The position numbers and the translations under genes were made by a program. 64,000 nucleotides of DNA from an uncultured Acidobacteriota bacterium. GTDB taxonomy: Bacteria; Acidobacteriota; Thermoanaerobaculia; Gp7-AA8. The stretch covers positions 646,603-710,602 of the forward strand of contig CAWGEI010000005.1 in the NCBI GenBank assembly GCA_963821585.1. Direction: 5' to 3'. The notes beneath the pieces are model-generated. The model saw nothing but the letters and a program-made list of their open reading frames with translations, ran no database searches and was not told the DNA's origin. Shown in pieces: positions 8,196 to 16,262 of this stretch. Position 1 is the first letter of the stretch. Every line of letters starts with the position of its first letter.

Positions 8196-10203
8196 ACCGC
8201 TGCTGGCTGCGGATCGCGTTCGCACGCGCCTTCCGCCGCCGGTACGTCCCGTCCGGCTGCAGCCGCCAGCCCTTCGCCTCGTCGGCCAGGCACGTGCCCA
8301 GGATCTGCAGCTCGATGCGGTCGCGCAGCTGCGGCGAGAGCACCGGCCACGTCACCTCCATCCGCCGGAAGAAGTTGCGCGGCATCCAGTCGCCGCTCGC
8401 GGCGTAGACCTCCGTCGCCCCGCCGTTGCGGAACAGGAAGATCCGCGAGTGCTCGAGAAAGCGGTCGATCACCGACAGCACGCGGATGTTCTCCCGCGGC
8501 ACGAGACAGCAGATCCCGCGGACGATCAGGTCGATCTTCACCCCCGCGTCCGCCGCGCGGTAGAGCGCCTCGATGACGGCCGGGTCGACGAGTGAGTTCA
8601 TCTTCGCGATGATCTGCGCCGGACGCTTCTCCCGCGCGTGCTTCGTCTCGCGCTCGATCATCCGCAGCGTCCACGCGTGATACTCCATCGGCGCGACCAC
8701 GAGCTTCCGCCACCGCCAGTCGCGCGAGTGGCTGGCGAAGATCTCCTGCGCAGTCTCCGCGCTGTACCCCGTGATCAGGTTCAGCAGCTGCGACGCATCC
8801 TCGGCGATCTGCGCGTCCGCCGTGAGCAGGTCGATGTCCGTGTACAGCCGCGCCGTCTTCGCGTTGTAGTTGCCCGTCGAGAGATGGACGTAGCGCCGCA
8901 GCTCGCCTCCTTCGCGACGAATGACCAGGCAGATCTTCGAGTGCGTCTTGATGCCCACCAGGCCGTACACCACCTGCACTCCGGCCTCCTCGAGGCGCCG
9001 CGCCCAGGCGATGTTGCGCTCCTCGTCGAAGCGGGCCTGCAGCTCGACGATGGCCGCAACCTGCTTCCCTTTCTCGGCCGCGCGCGCCAGTGCTTCGACG
9101 ACCACCGAGCCCGGCTCCGTGCGATAGAGCGTCTGCTTGATGGCGATGACGTCCGGATCGTCCGCCGCGCTCTGCACGAACTCGACGACCGCCGTGTACG
9201 CGTCGTACGGCCGGTGTAGCAGGATGTCGCCGGCGCGAATGATCGAGAAGATGTCGTCGCGCGTCGCCAGCTCCGCGGGGATGCGCGGGTTGAACGGCTC
9301 GTCCTTCAGCGAGCCGTCGATACGCCCGTGGATCTCGATGAGATCGCCGACTTTCGGCAGCGCGGGGGTGAGGAAGACGTCGTCGCGCACGACGTCGAGC
9401 TCGCGCTGCAGCAGCGCCAGCATCTCGTCGCTGGCGGTCTTCGCGACCTCCATCCACACCACTTCCTTCCGCTCGCGCATCCGCAGCTCGGTCTCGACGG
9501 ACTTGAGCAGGTCCTGGACCTCGTCTTCGCGCAGGGCGATGTCGGCGTTGCGCATCACGCGGAACGGCACGACCTCGCGCACGTCCAGTCCGGGAAAGAA
9601 ATACGACGCGTGCAGGCGGATCACCTCTTCGACGGGCACGAAGCGCCGCGGGGCGATGGCCACGAAGCGCGGCAGCGACTTCGGGATCTTGATGAATGCG
9701 GTGTACGTCTCGACGCCGCTGGCCAGCCTCACCGCGAGGTTGAGCGAGCCGCTGGCGAGGAACGGCAGCGGATGCCCTGGATCGACCGCGAGCGGCGTGA
9801 GGATCGGCGCCACCCGCGTCTGGAACTCCTCGGCGATCGCCGCCTGCTGCTTCTTCGTCAGCGCGCTGGCGGGGACGATGCGCACGCCCGCGGTCTCGAG
9901 CCGCGGCAGCAGCACGTCCAGGACGCGGTACATGTCGCGCTGCAGCGCCTTCACCTTCTCGCGGATGGCCTTGAGCTGCTGCTTCGGCGTGAGGCCGTCC
10001 ATGGAGCGCTCGCGGATGCCGTTGTCGATCAGCCGCCGGATGCCGCCCACGCGCACCATCAGGAACTCGTCGAGGTTCATGGCGGTGATGCTGAGAAACT
10101 TCGCCCGCTCCAGCAGCGGCACATCCCCACTCTCCGCCTCGGCCAGCACCCGGCGATTGAACTCGAGCCAGCTCAGCTCGCGATTGAAGAGAGGGAGGTC
10201 CAC
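8086..10203 (-). CDS. ppk1: polyphosphate kinase 1 (copy b, diverged paralogue)
   Basis: Track ORF 8086..10257. A GTG at 10203 (VDLPLFNRELSWLEFNRRVLAE) avoids reading through hairpin E1. By eye, about half the residues are identical to copy a. The 3' end overlaps copy a by 110 nt. Confidence 0.9.
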   Translation of the reverse strand: MDLPLFNRELSWLEFNRRVLAEAESGDVPLLERAKFLSITAMNLDEFLMVRVGGIRRLIDNGIRERSMDGLTPKQQLKAIREKVKALQRDMYRVLDVLLPRLETAGVRIVPASALTKKQQAAIAEEFQTRVAPILTPLAVDPGHPLPFLASGSLNLAVRLASGVETYTAFIKIPKSLPRFVAIAPRRFVPVEEVIRLHASYFFPGLDVREVVPFRVMRNADIALREDEVQDLLKSVETELRMRERKEVVWMEVAKTASDEMLALLQRELDVVRDDVFLTPALPKVGDLIEIHGRIDGSLKDEPFNPRIPAELATRDDIFSIIRAGDILLHRPYDAYTAVVEFVQSAADDPDVIAIKQTLYRTEPGSVVVEALARAAEKGKQVAAIVELQARFDEERNIAWARRLEEAGVQVVYGLVGIKTHSKICLVIRREGGELRRYVHLSTGNYNAKTARLYTDIDLLTADAQIAEDASQLLNLITGYSAETAQEIFASHSRDWRWRKLVVAPMEYHAWTLRMIERETKHAREKRPAQIIAKMNSLVDPAVIEALYRAADAGVKIDLIVRGICCLVPRENIRVLSVIDRFLEHSRIFLFRNGGATEVYAASGDWMPRNFFRRMEVTWPVLSPQLRDRIELQILGTCLADEAKGWRLQPDGTYRRRKARANAIRSQQRFIEIARASSSASPSGESSKPARSTRHSRPVKQPRRG

Positions 10204-10220
10204 GCCGGAGAAGCATAACG

Positions 10221-10304
10221 GTTGACAGTTGGCAGTTGACAGTCGACAGGAGATCAACTTCAGCGCGCTCCTCTCCTGTCAACTGCCAACTGTCGACTGT
10301 CAAC
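10221..10304. repeat. heptamer-armed hairpin E1 (CAGTTGR family)
   Basis: Left arm GTTGACAGTTGGCAGTTGACAGTCGACAGG. Right arm CCTGTCAACTGCCAACTGTCGACTGTCAAC. Lies between the divergent ppk1b and MFS starts. Confidence 0.85.
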
Positions 10305-10339
10305 TATCCAGGGCCTACATCGTGCAAAATGCGCCGCCA

Positions 10340-11842
10340 ATGCTCGTAATGTCTTCGCGACGCCGCTGGTTCGTGACCGCCGGCGTCATGACCGGAATGC
10401 TCCTCGCCGCGCTGGAGGCGACCGTGGTCGGTACGGCCATGCCGACCATCGTCGCGGCCCTCGGCGGTCTCGCTCACTACAGCTGGGTGTTCTCCGCGTA
10501 TCTGCTCACCTCGACCGTGACCGTGCCGGTGTGGGGCAAGCTGTCGGATCTCTTCGGGCGCCGGCGCCTGTTCCAGATCGGCGTGGCCGTGTTCCTGATC
10601 GGTTCGGCCGCGTGCGGCCTGGCGCAGACGATGACCCAGCTCATCCTCGCGCGCGCCTTCCAGGGCCTCGGCGCCGGCGCGCTCGTGCCGCTGGCCATGA
10701 CCATCATCGGCGACATCTTCACGCTGGAGGAGCGCGCGAAGATGCAGGGCTTCTTCAGCGGCGTGTGGGGCATCTCCAGCGTCTTCGGCCCGCTCGTCGG
10801 CGGCTTCATCACCGATCAGCTTTCGTGGCGCTGGGTGTTCCTTCTGAACCTGCCGGTGGGCATCGCCGCGGCGATCATCATCGGCGTGGCGCTGAAGGAG
10901 CCGCCACGGCACGAGGCCCCGTCGATCGACTACCTCGGCGCGACGGTGCTCACGCTCGCGGTCACCATCCTGCTGCTCGTGCTCGGGGCGACGACCATCG
11001 TCACGCCGCGCAATCTCGTGCTCATCGCGCTCGTGATCGGCGCGCTGTTCTGGTTCATCCACATCGAGCGGCGGGCGAAGGATCCGATGGTGCCGCTGGG
11101 TCTGTTCCGCAATCGCGTCGTCGCGGTGGCGGTGGGGGTGGGTTTTCTCGCTGGCATCGCCATGTTCGCCGCGATCACGTTCGTGCCGCTCCTCGCGCAG
11201 GGCGTCCTCGGCGCGACCGCCACGGAGGCGGGCTCGTTCCTCACGCCGCTGATGTTGTCGTGGGTGACCGTGTCCATCATCGGCGGACGGCTCCTGCTGC
11301 GCTTCGGCACGCGCATCCTCGTGGTCGTCGGCCTGGTGCTGATGTGCGGCGGCTTCGCCGCGCTGGCGACGTTCACGCGCACCACGCCGCGCATGCTCAT
11401 GGTCTTCGAGCTGATCCTCATCGGCTCGGGACTGGGCCTGGTGATGCTGACGCTGTTGATCGCGTCACAGCACTCCGTGCCGCGTGAACAGCTGGGTATC
11501 ACGACCTCGCTCAACCAGTTCTCCCGCTCCATCGGCGGCGCCCTCGGCGTGGCCATCCTCGGCGCCATGCTCGCCGCCGGCCTCGCGCAGTTCTCGCAGG
11601 ACCCGAACGCGCTCGTGAACCCCGAGGCCCGGGCGCACATCGCGCCCGCGGAGCTCGCGCAACTGCAGGGCGCCCTCGAAGGCACCCTCCGCAATATCTT
11701 CTGGGCCTGCACCGCCGTCGTCGCCCTCTCCATCGCCGGCGCCCTCACCCTCCCCGGCGGCAGAATGGGCGAGGCCCACGGCGAGCGCATGGTCCACGCG
11801 GAGATGACCAACATCGACCCCAAACACGAGCCGGAGGGATAG
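10340..11842 (+). CDS. MFS transporter, DHA2 (EmrB/QacA-like, 14-TMS) family
   Basis: MLLAALEATVVGTAMPTIV and GKLSDLFGRRRLF motifs with many hydrophobic segments. The ATG at 10340 was chosen because the track ORF start lies inside hairpin E1. Confidence 0.8.
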   Translation: MLVMSSRRRWFVTAGVMTGMLLAALEATVVGTAMPTIVAALGGLAHYSWVFSAYLLTSTVTVPVWGKLSDLFGRRRLFQIGVAVFLIGSAACGLAQTMTQLILARAFQGLGAGALVPLAMTIIGDIFTLEERAKMQGFFSGVWGISSVFGPLVGGFITDQLSWRWVFLLNLPVGIAAAIIIGVALKEPPRHEAPSIDYLGATVLTLAVTILLLVLGATTIVTPRNLVLIALVIGALFWFIHIERRAKDPMVPLGLFRNRVVAVAVGVGFLAGIAMFAAITFVPLLAQGVLGATATEAGSFLTPLMLSWVTVSIIGGRLLLRFGTRILVVVGLVLMCGGFAALATFTRTTPRMLMVFELILIGSGLGLVMLTLLIASQHSVPREQLGITTSLNQFSRSIGGALGVAILGAMLAAGLAQFSQDPNALVNPEARAHIAPAELAQLQGALEGTLRNIFWACTAVVALSIAGALTLPGGRMGEAHGERMVHAEMTNIDPKHEPEG

Positions 11843-12062
11843 GGGAGCAGGCGGCGTGAGCAGGCGCGCAACTAGGGCGCCGGTTGCGCGCGAAGGCGCG
11901 CTTTCCAATCTAGCCCCGGGCTCCTGCCCGGGGTAGGCGAGGTCGTGTTTCGACGCGGCCGCGAAGGCGGCCGCTACAGGAGTTTGCGTGCGAGTTCGAG
12001 CGGCGTTCCCCAGGCGGAGCTCCGGGCCGAGCCCCATACGCATTAACTTACGAAGGCGTCCT

Positions 12063-12223
12063 GACGGAGCGCTGGCGTCTCGCCGGCTGTTCGGGCGGCG
12101 TCCCCGCCGCCCGGGCACTCGGGAGAACGGAGTCTCTCGCGTAGTGCCACTCTCCTCCGCCCACCCAAGTGGCGGCGCGGGACGCCGCCACGACAGCCGG
12201 CGGGGACGCCAGCGCTCCATTGG
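12063..12223. repeat. C-type palindromic element, full copy C1
   Basis: Termini GGAGCGCTGGCGTCTCGCCGGCTGT ... ACAGCCGGCGGGGACGCCAGCGCTCC are inverted repeats. The inner GGCGTCCCCGCCGCCCGGGCACTCGGGAG block is shared with 14268-14356 and, in reverse complement, with 41955-42129. Confidence 0.85.
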
Positions 12224-12376
12224 GGCTCGAGGAAGCGCCGCCACATTGGGTGAGCGGAGGTCGTAGGCTCTACCCCAGCCGGCGCGCCGTCAGCGGACGC
12301 ACCTCCGCGATCCGTTGCTGTCCGATTCGTTCCTGTCCGCTGCGTGCGGCTGCACTCTTATCGAGGAGCCAGCCTC

Positions 12377-12595
12377 TTACCGCCACATCTCCTCCGAGGC
12401 GAGAACGGAAATGTCCACGCGCCCGGCAAGCTGTTGCAGGTAGCGGCGCTGATTCGCTGCTCTGCGTTCATCCGCGCCGCCGGCTACTCGACGCAAGGCT
12501 ACTTCGACGGCACCGCGAGAGGTGGTCTCGCCGAGAGCCTCCCGCGCCCGTTCCACGAGCTCTTCGTCGATTTCGATCGTCGTGCGCCTGGTCAC
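12377..12595 (-). CDS. type II antitoxin, VapB-like (DUF2191-type)
   Basis: The 72-aa sequence MTRRTTIEIDEELVERAREALGETTSRGAVEVALRRV is typical of this antitoxin family. No toxin ORF follows; repeat C1 occupies that position. Confidence 0.55.
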   Translation of the reverse strand: MTRRTTIEIDEELVERAREALGETTSRGAVEVALRRVAGGADERRAANQRRYLQQLAGRVDISVLASEEMWR

Positions 12596-12628
12596 GAGAT
12601 CACATTAACCCTACTCGGTCGGCGTGTT

Positions 12629-12808
12629 CTACTGGTCCTTCCCGTCCGTGCGCCGCGGTTCGCGGTCGGGCATCCGATAGTCCACAGCGATGAGCCGGCC
12701 TTCCCGGTCGTAGATCAGTGTCGCCTTCTCGAATCCCCCGTCCCGGTCCACCCGCCAGCGATAGTCGACACGCCCTTCCTTCGGAGCTTCTTTTCTGGGC
12801 GTCATCAT
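12629..12808 (-). CDS. hypothetical small protein
   Basis: Track ORF 12629..12961, trimmed to the internal ATG 12808 because the upstream part reads through hairpin E6. No recognisable family. Confidence 0.25.
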   Translation of the reverse strand: MMTPRKEAPKEGRVDYRWRVDRDGGFEKATLIYDREGRLIAVDYRMPDREPRRTDGKDQ

Positions 12809-12860
12809 GGCCGGCAAGTATGGGTTGTAACCCGTTCCACGCAACGCATCGCACGCCCGG

Positions 12861-12899
12861 TTTACATCGAATTTACGCGGACTGCGCTTCCGCTTTACA
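12861..12899 (+). promoter_or_regulatory. candidate Pho boxes upstream of MFS gene 13007
   Basis: TTTACA (12861-66), TTTACG (12872-77) and TTTACA (12894-99) fall on an exact 11-bp grid, in the same orientation as the downstream gene. Confidence 0.35.
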
Positions 12900-12901
12900 C
12901 C

Positions 12902-12971
12902 GCCGTTGCCCGTTGCCCGTTGCCCGTCTGTCCAGGCCACGGGCCACGGGCCACGGGTCACGGGTCACGAC
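12902..12971. repeat. heptamer-armed hairpin E6 (CCCGTTG / CCACGGG family)
   Basis: CCGTTGCCCGTTGCCCGTTGCCCGTCTGTCC - AGG - CCACGGGCCACGGGCCACGGGTCACGGGTCACGAC. The arms pair with one or two mismatches per heptamer. Confidence 0.8.
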
Positions 12972-13006
12972 ACCCGAGCCGCCGCGCTGTACCATTCCCG
13001 AGCTCG

Positions 13007-14269
13007 ATGAACGCCGAGTCACGGAAGATCCAGCGGATCTATCTCCTCCTGCTGCTGCTCCACACGCTGGCGGCGTCGTTCATCTGGGGCATCAACACGC
13101 TCTTCCTGCTCGACGCGGGCATGAGCAACGCCCAGGCGTTCGCGGCGAATGCGTTCTTCACCCTGGGCATGATGCTGTTCGAGATCCCGACGGGCGTCGT
13201 GGCCGACACCCGCGGCCGGCGAGCGTCGTACCTCCTCGGCACGCTCACCCTGACGATCTCGACCCTCTTCTACCTGTGGATGTGGCGGGTCTCAGCGCCG
13301 TTCTGGGCGTGGGCCGTGACGTCGGTCTTCCTCGGCCTCGGGTTCACGTTCTTCTCCGGCGCGTTCCAGGCTTGGCTGGTCGACGCGCTGAAGCACACCG
13401 GCTTCGACGGCCCGCTGGAGCCGGTCTTCGCCAAAGGGGAGATCGTGGAAGGCGTGGCCATGCTCGGCGGGTCTCTCGCTGGCGGATTGCTGGCGCAGAC
13501 CTTCAACCTCGGCGTCCCCTACATCGTGCGCGCGGTCATCCTGGCGATCAGCTTCGTGCTCGCCTTCATCCTCATGCGCGACGTCGGCTTCACTCCGCAG
13601 CGGGGCAAGACGCCCATCCAGGAAGTGAAGAAGGTCCTGCACGGCGCGGTGAAACACGGCCTCGGCAATCGCCCGGTGCGCTGGATCATGCTGGCCGCGC
13701 CGTTCACGGACGGCCTGACGATCTACGCCTTCTACGCGATGCAGCCTTACCTGCTGGAGCTGTACGGCAATCCGAACGCATACGGCATCGCCGGACTGGC
13801 CGCGGCGATCGTTGCCGGCGCGCAGATCGCCGGCGGCCTCGCGGCCCCATACCTGGCGCGCGTCTTCCGGCGCCGCACCACCGTGCTGCTGACCGCGACA
13901 CTGGCCAGCGCGGTCATCCTCGCGTTGATCGGACTCTTCCCGCACTTCTGGACCGCCGTGAGCCTGCTCGTGATCTGGGCACTGATGTTCGCCGCGGTCG
14001 TTCCCGTGCGCCAGAGCTACCTCAATTCGCTCATCCCCTCCGAGCAGCGCGCCACCGTGCTCTCCTTCGACTCCCTCCTCGGGTCGAGCGGCGGCGTGGT
14101 GATCCAACCGGGTCTCGGCAGGGCCGCCGACGTCTGGGGCTACCCGGCGTCCTACCTCGCCAGCGCCGCCGTACAACTGCTGGCGGCCCCCTTCGTCTGG
14201 CTGGCCCGCCGCGAGAAAGCACCGGAGGACGCGATGGATACGAACGGAGACGCCACGAAGGCAGTTTGA
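13007..14269 (+). CDS. MFS transporter
   Basis: MNAESRKIQRIYLLLLLLHTLAASF... with FEIPTGVVADTRGRRASYL (motif-A-like) and about 12 hydrophobic segments. Confidence 0.75.
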   Translation: MNAESRKIQRIYLLLLLLHTLAASFIWGINTLFLLDAGMSNAQAFAANAFFTLGMMLFEIPTGVVADTRGRRASYLLGTLTLTISTLFYLWMWRVSAPFWAWAVTSVFLGLGFTFFSGAFQAWLVDALKHTGFDGPLEPVFAKGEIVEGVAMLGGSLAGGLLAQTFNLGVPYIVRAVILAISFVLAFILMRDVGFTPQRGKTPIQEVKKVLHGAVKHGLGNRPVRWIMLAAPFTDGLTIYAFYAMQPYLLELYGNPNAYGIAGLAAAIVAGAQIAGGLAAPYLARVFRRRTTVLLTATLASAVILALIGLFPHFWTAVSLLVIWALMFAAVVPVRQSYLNSLIPSEQRATVLSFDSLLGSSGGVVIQPGLGRAADVWGYPASYLASAAVQLLAAPFVWLARREKAPEDAMDTNGDATKAV

Positions 14270-14356
14270 CGGAGCGCCGGCGTCCTCGCCGGCTGGTCGG
14301 GCGGCGTCCCCGCCGCCCGGGCACTCGGGAGGACGGAGCCTTTCGCGTCGTGCCAC
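14268..14356. repeat. C-type element, half copy C2
   Basis: GACGGAGCGCCGGCGTCCTCGCCGGCTGGTCGGGCGGCGTCCCCGCCGCCCGGGCACTCGGGAGGACGGAGCC...GTGCCAC matches the left half of C1. It starts at the MFS stop codon. Confidence 0.8.
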
Positions 14357-14692
14357 ACTGAACTCGATGGGTTCGCGCTTGAGCTCGATCTCTTCGCCCG
14401 AAATTGCACGGACAAATCAACCGTTAACTTCTTTGGGATGTATATTGAGGTTGCCTGTTGGTGGGTGAACGTCGGCCTCGCGCCGTGTGTTCTGGTCCGA
14501 TAGGGTCAGAGCCTAGCTCACCGCGGGCAATAACTTCGATGAGTCGATCGGCTTCGTTGCCGATCCTCGGTACCACGCGCCTCCCGGCTGCGACCGCGTG
14601 TCATCGACACCATGGTAAAGCGTTGAGGCAGCAGCGCTGATCCGCCTGTTCAGGCTCGCCCGCGACCCGGCATTGTGAGATCGTAACCACAC

Positions 14693-15133
14693 ATGAAACC
14701 GCTGGCGAAGGGTCTGCTCACCGGCTGCATCGTTCTGCTCGTCGTGGCGGCGATCGCCGTGTTCGCGGGCGTGCGATGGCTGAATGCCAACAAAGGCCGC
14801 CTCCGCGCACAGGCAGATCAGGCCCGGGCGGAAGGGCGGGAGTTTGGCCACTCCGCGACGGCATCCGCATGCGTTGCGAAGGCCATTGAGACCTATCGCG
14901 GCGACATGTCGTTCATCGGCGAAGCACGCGCGCGGGTGTGGCTGAACGGCTGCCTCGGGAGCAGCACTCCGGAGAGCGCGTTCTGCGCGCAGGTCCCGCC
15001 CAAGGACGAGATCATGCGCACGGTGACCTGGCGTCTCGGCGAGTGCTCGCGTCTCGGGCTGGACGCTGACAAAGGCTGCACGCGGATCCTGCAGGAAGTG
15101 CAGGCGTACTGTGAGGCGCGGGCGCGGCGCTGA
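14693..15133 (+). CDS. hypothetical membrane-anchored Cys-rich protein
   Basis: N-terminal TM segment LLTGCIVLLVVAAIAVFAG. GC3-biased ORF with no recognisable family. Confidence 0.45.
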   Translation: MKPLAKGLLTGCIVLLVVAAIAVFAGVRWLNANKGRLRAQADQARAEGREFGHSATASACVAKAIETYRGDMSFIGEARARVWLNGCLGSSTPESAFCAQVPPKDEIMRTVTWRLGECSRLGLDADKGCTRILQEVQAYCEARARR

Positions 15134-15140
15134 CGAAGCG

Positions 15141-16262
15141 ATGGCCGATACGCTCAAGGGGTTCTTCTCGCCCGCGCTCGTGCGCCGTCTCGCACGGGAG
15201 ATCGCCCGCGTCCATCCGCGGTTTCCGGAGCGCGCGTTCGTGAAGAGCGCGACGGCCGGACTCGACGCGCTGGAGTTGCTCGACCGCGGCAGGCACATCA
15301 CCCGTGCGCTCGCGGAGCATCTGCCGAAGGAGTATCCGCAGGCGGTCGACGTGCTGCTGCGCTCCCTCGGTCCGGAGCACGCGACCGGTGAGCTCCTCGG
15401 CGCCGGGATGGAGCCGTTCTTCTATTACCCGCACACTGTCTTCGTCGCGGAGCACGGACTCGCACATTTCGATCTGTCGATGCGCGCGCAATACGAGCTG
15501 ACGAAGCGCTTCAGCGCGGAGTCGAGCATTCGCCCGTACATCGCGCACGATCCGGAGCGGACGTTCGCCGTCCTTCGGGAGTGGACGGCCGACGCGAACC
15601 CGCACGTGCGGCGCCTGGTGTCCGAGGGGACGCGGCTGCGCCTGCCGTGGGCGATGCGTGTCGCGTGGCTCGACGCGAATCCGAAGCGCGTGCTCGCGCT
15701 CCTCGAACTGCTCAAGGACGATCCCTCCACGCTCGTCCGGCGCAGCGTCGCCAACAACCTCAACGACCTCGGCAAGGTGCATCCGGAGCTGCTCGCAAAG
15801 ACGTGCGCCGCCTGGCTGAAGCGCGCGACTCTCGAGCGCCGCGCGCTCGTCGAGCACGCGCTGCGCAGCGCGATCAAGCGCGGCGACCCCGCCGCGTTGC
15901 GTCTCCTCGGCTACGGAGATACGGCGCGGGTGTCCGTGGAGGACGTTCGCTTCGAGCCTCCGCGCGCCGCGATCGGAGGGCGCGTCGCGATGCAGTTCGT
16001 GCTGCGCAACAAGTCGGCGAGCTCGCAGGAGCTCCTCGTCGACGTGGCCGTGCACTTCGTGCAGGCGCGCGGCACGTCACGCAAGGTGTTCAAGGTCCAG
16101 CGCGTGACCCTGCCGCCGCGTGGACGCGTCGCGCTGTCCGCCCGCTTCTCGCTCGCGGTCCACACCACGCGCGTACCGCGTCCGGGCACGCACGCCGTCG
16201 ACGTCGTCGTCAACGGCGTGAGTCATCCGGCCGGTTCGTTCGAGGTGACGGCGGGCGCATAG
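15141..16262 (+). CDS. DNA alkylation repair protein (AlkD-like HEAT-repeat family)
   Basis: EWTADANPHVRRLVSEGTRLRLPWA and DDPSTLVRRSVANNLNDLGK motifs. Length fits the ~370-aa family. Confidence 0.7.
   Translation: MADTLKGFFSPALVRRLAREIARVHPRFPERAFVKSATAGLDALELLDRGRHITRALAEHLPKEYPQAVDVLLRSLGPEHATGELLGAGMEPFFYYPHTVFVAEHGLAHFDLSMRAQYELTKRFSAESSIRPYIAHDPERTFAVLREWTADANPHVRRLVSEGTRLRLPWAMRVAWLDANPKRVLALLELLKDDPSTLVRRSVANNLNDLGKVHPELLAKTCAAWLKRATLERRALVEHALRSAIKRGDPAALRLLGYGDTARVSVEDVRFEPPRAAIGGRVAMQFVLRNKSASSQELLVDVAVHFVQARGTSRKVFKVQRVTLPPRGRVALSARFSLAVHTTRVPRPGTHAVDVVVNGVSHPAGSFEVTAGA

Noticed and set aside
10273-10304. CTGTCAA/CTGCCAA heptamers in the hairpin arms resemble the E. coli Pho-box half-site CTGTCAT, and several hairpins sit in the Pho block.
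   Set aside because: The units are spaced 7 bp apart, not 11 bp, and occur as inverted arms. The same architecture exists with unrelated heptamers (TCCTGAG, CCCGTTG). A structural element is more parsimonious than a PhoB site.
11843-12376. Search for a VapC/PIN, RelE or ParE toxin gene next to the VapB-like antitoxin, and likewise at 30301-30731.
   Set aside because: Only repeat sequence and Arg/Pro-rich shadow ORFs are present. No PIN acidic quartet or RelE-like motifs are visible in any frame by eye.
14420-14692. A lower-GC 270-bp stretch upstream of gene 14693, considered as a possible tRNA, small RNA or mobile-element remnant.
   Set aside because: There is no tRNA-like T-arm (GGTTCGA) or acceptor pairing, no terminator, and no recognisable protein remnant. 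It is most simply a promoter or leader region.
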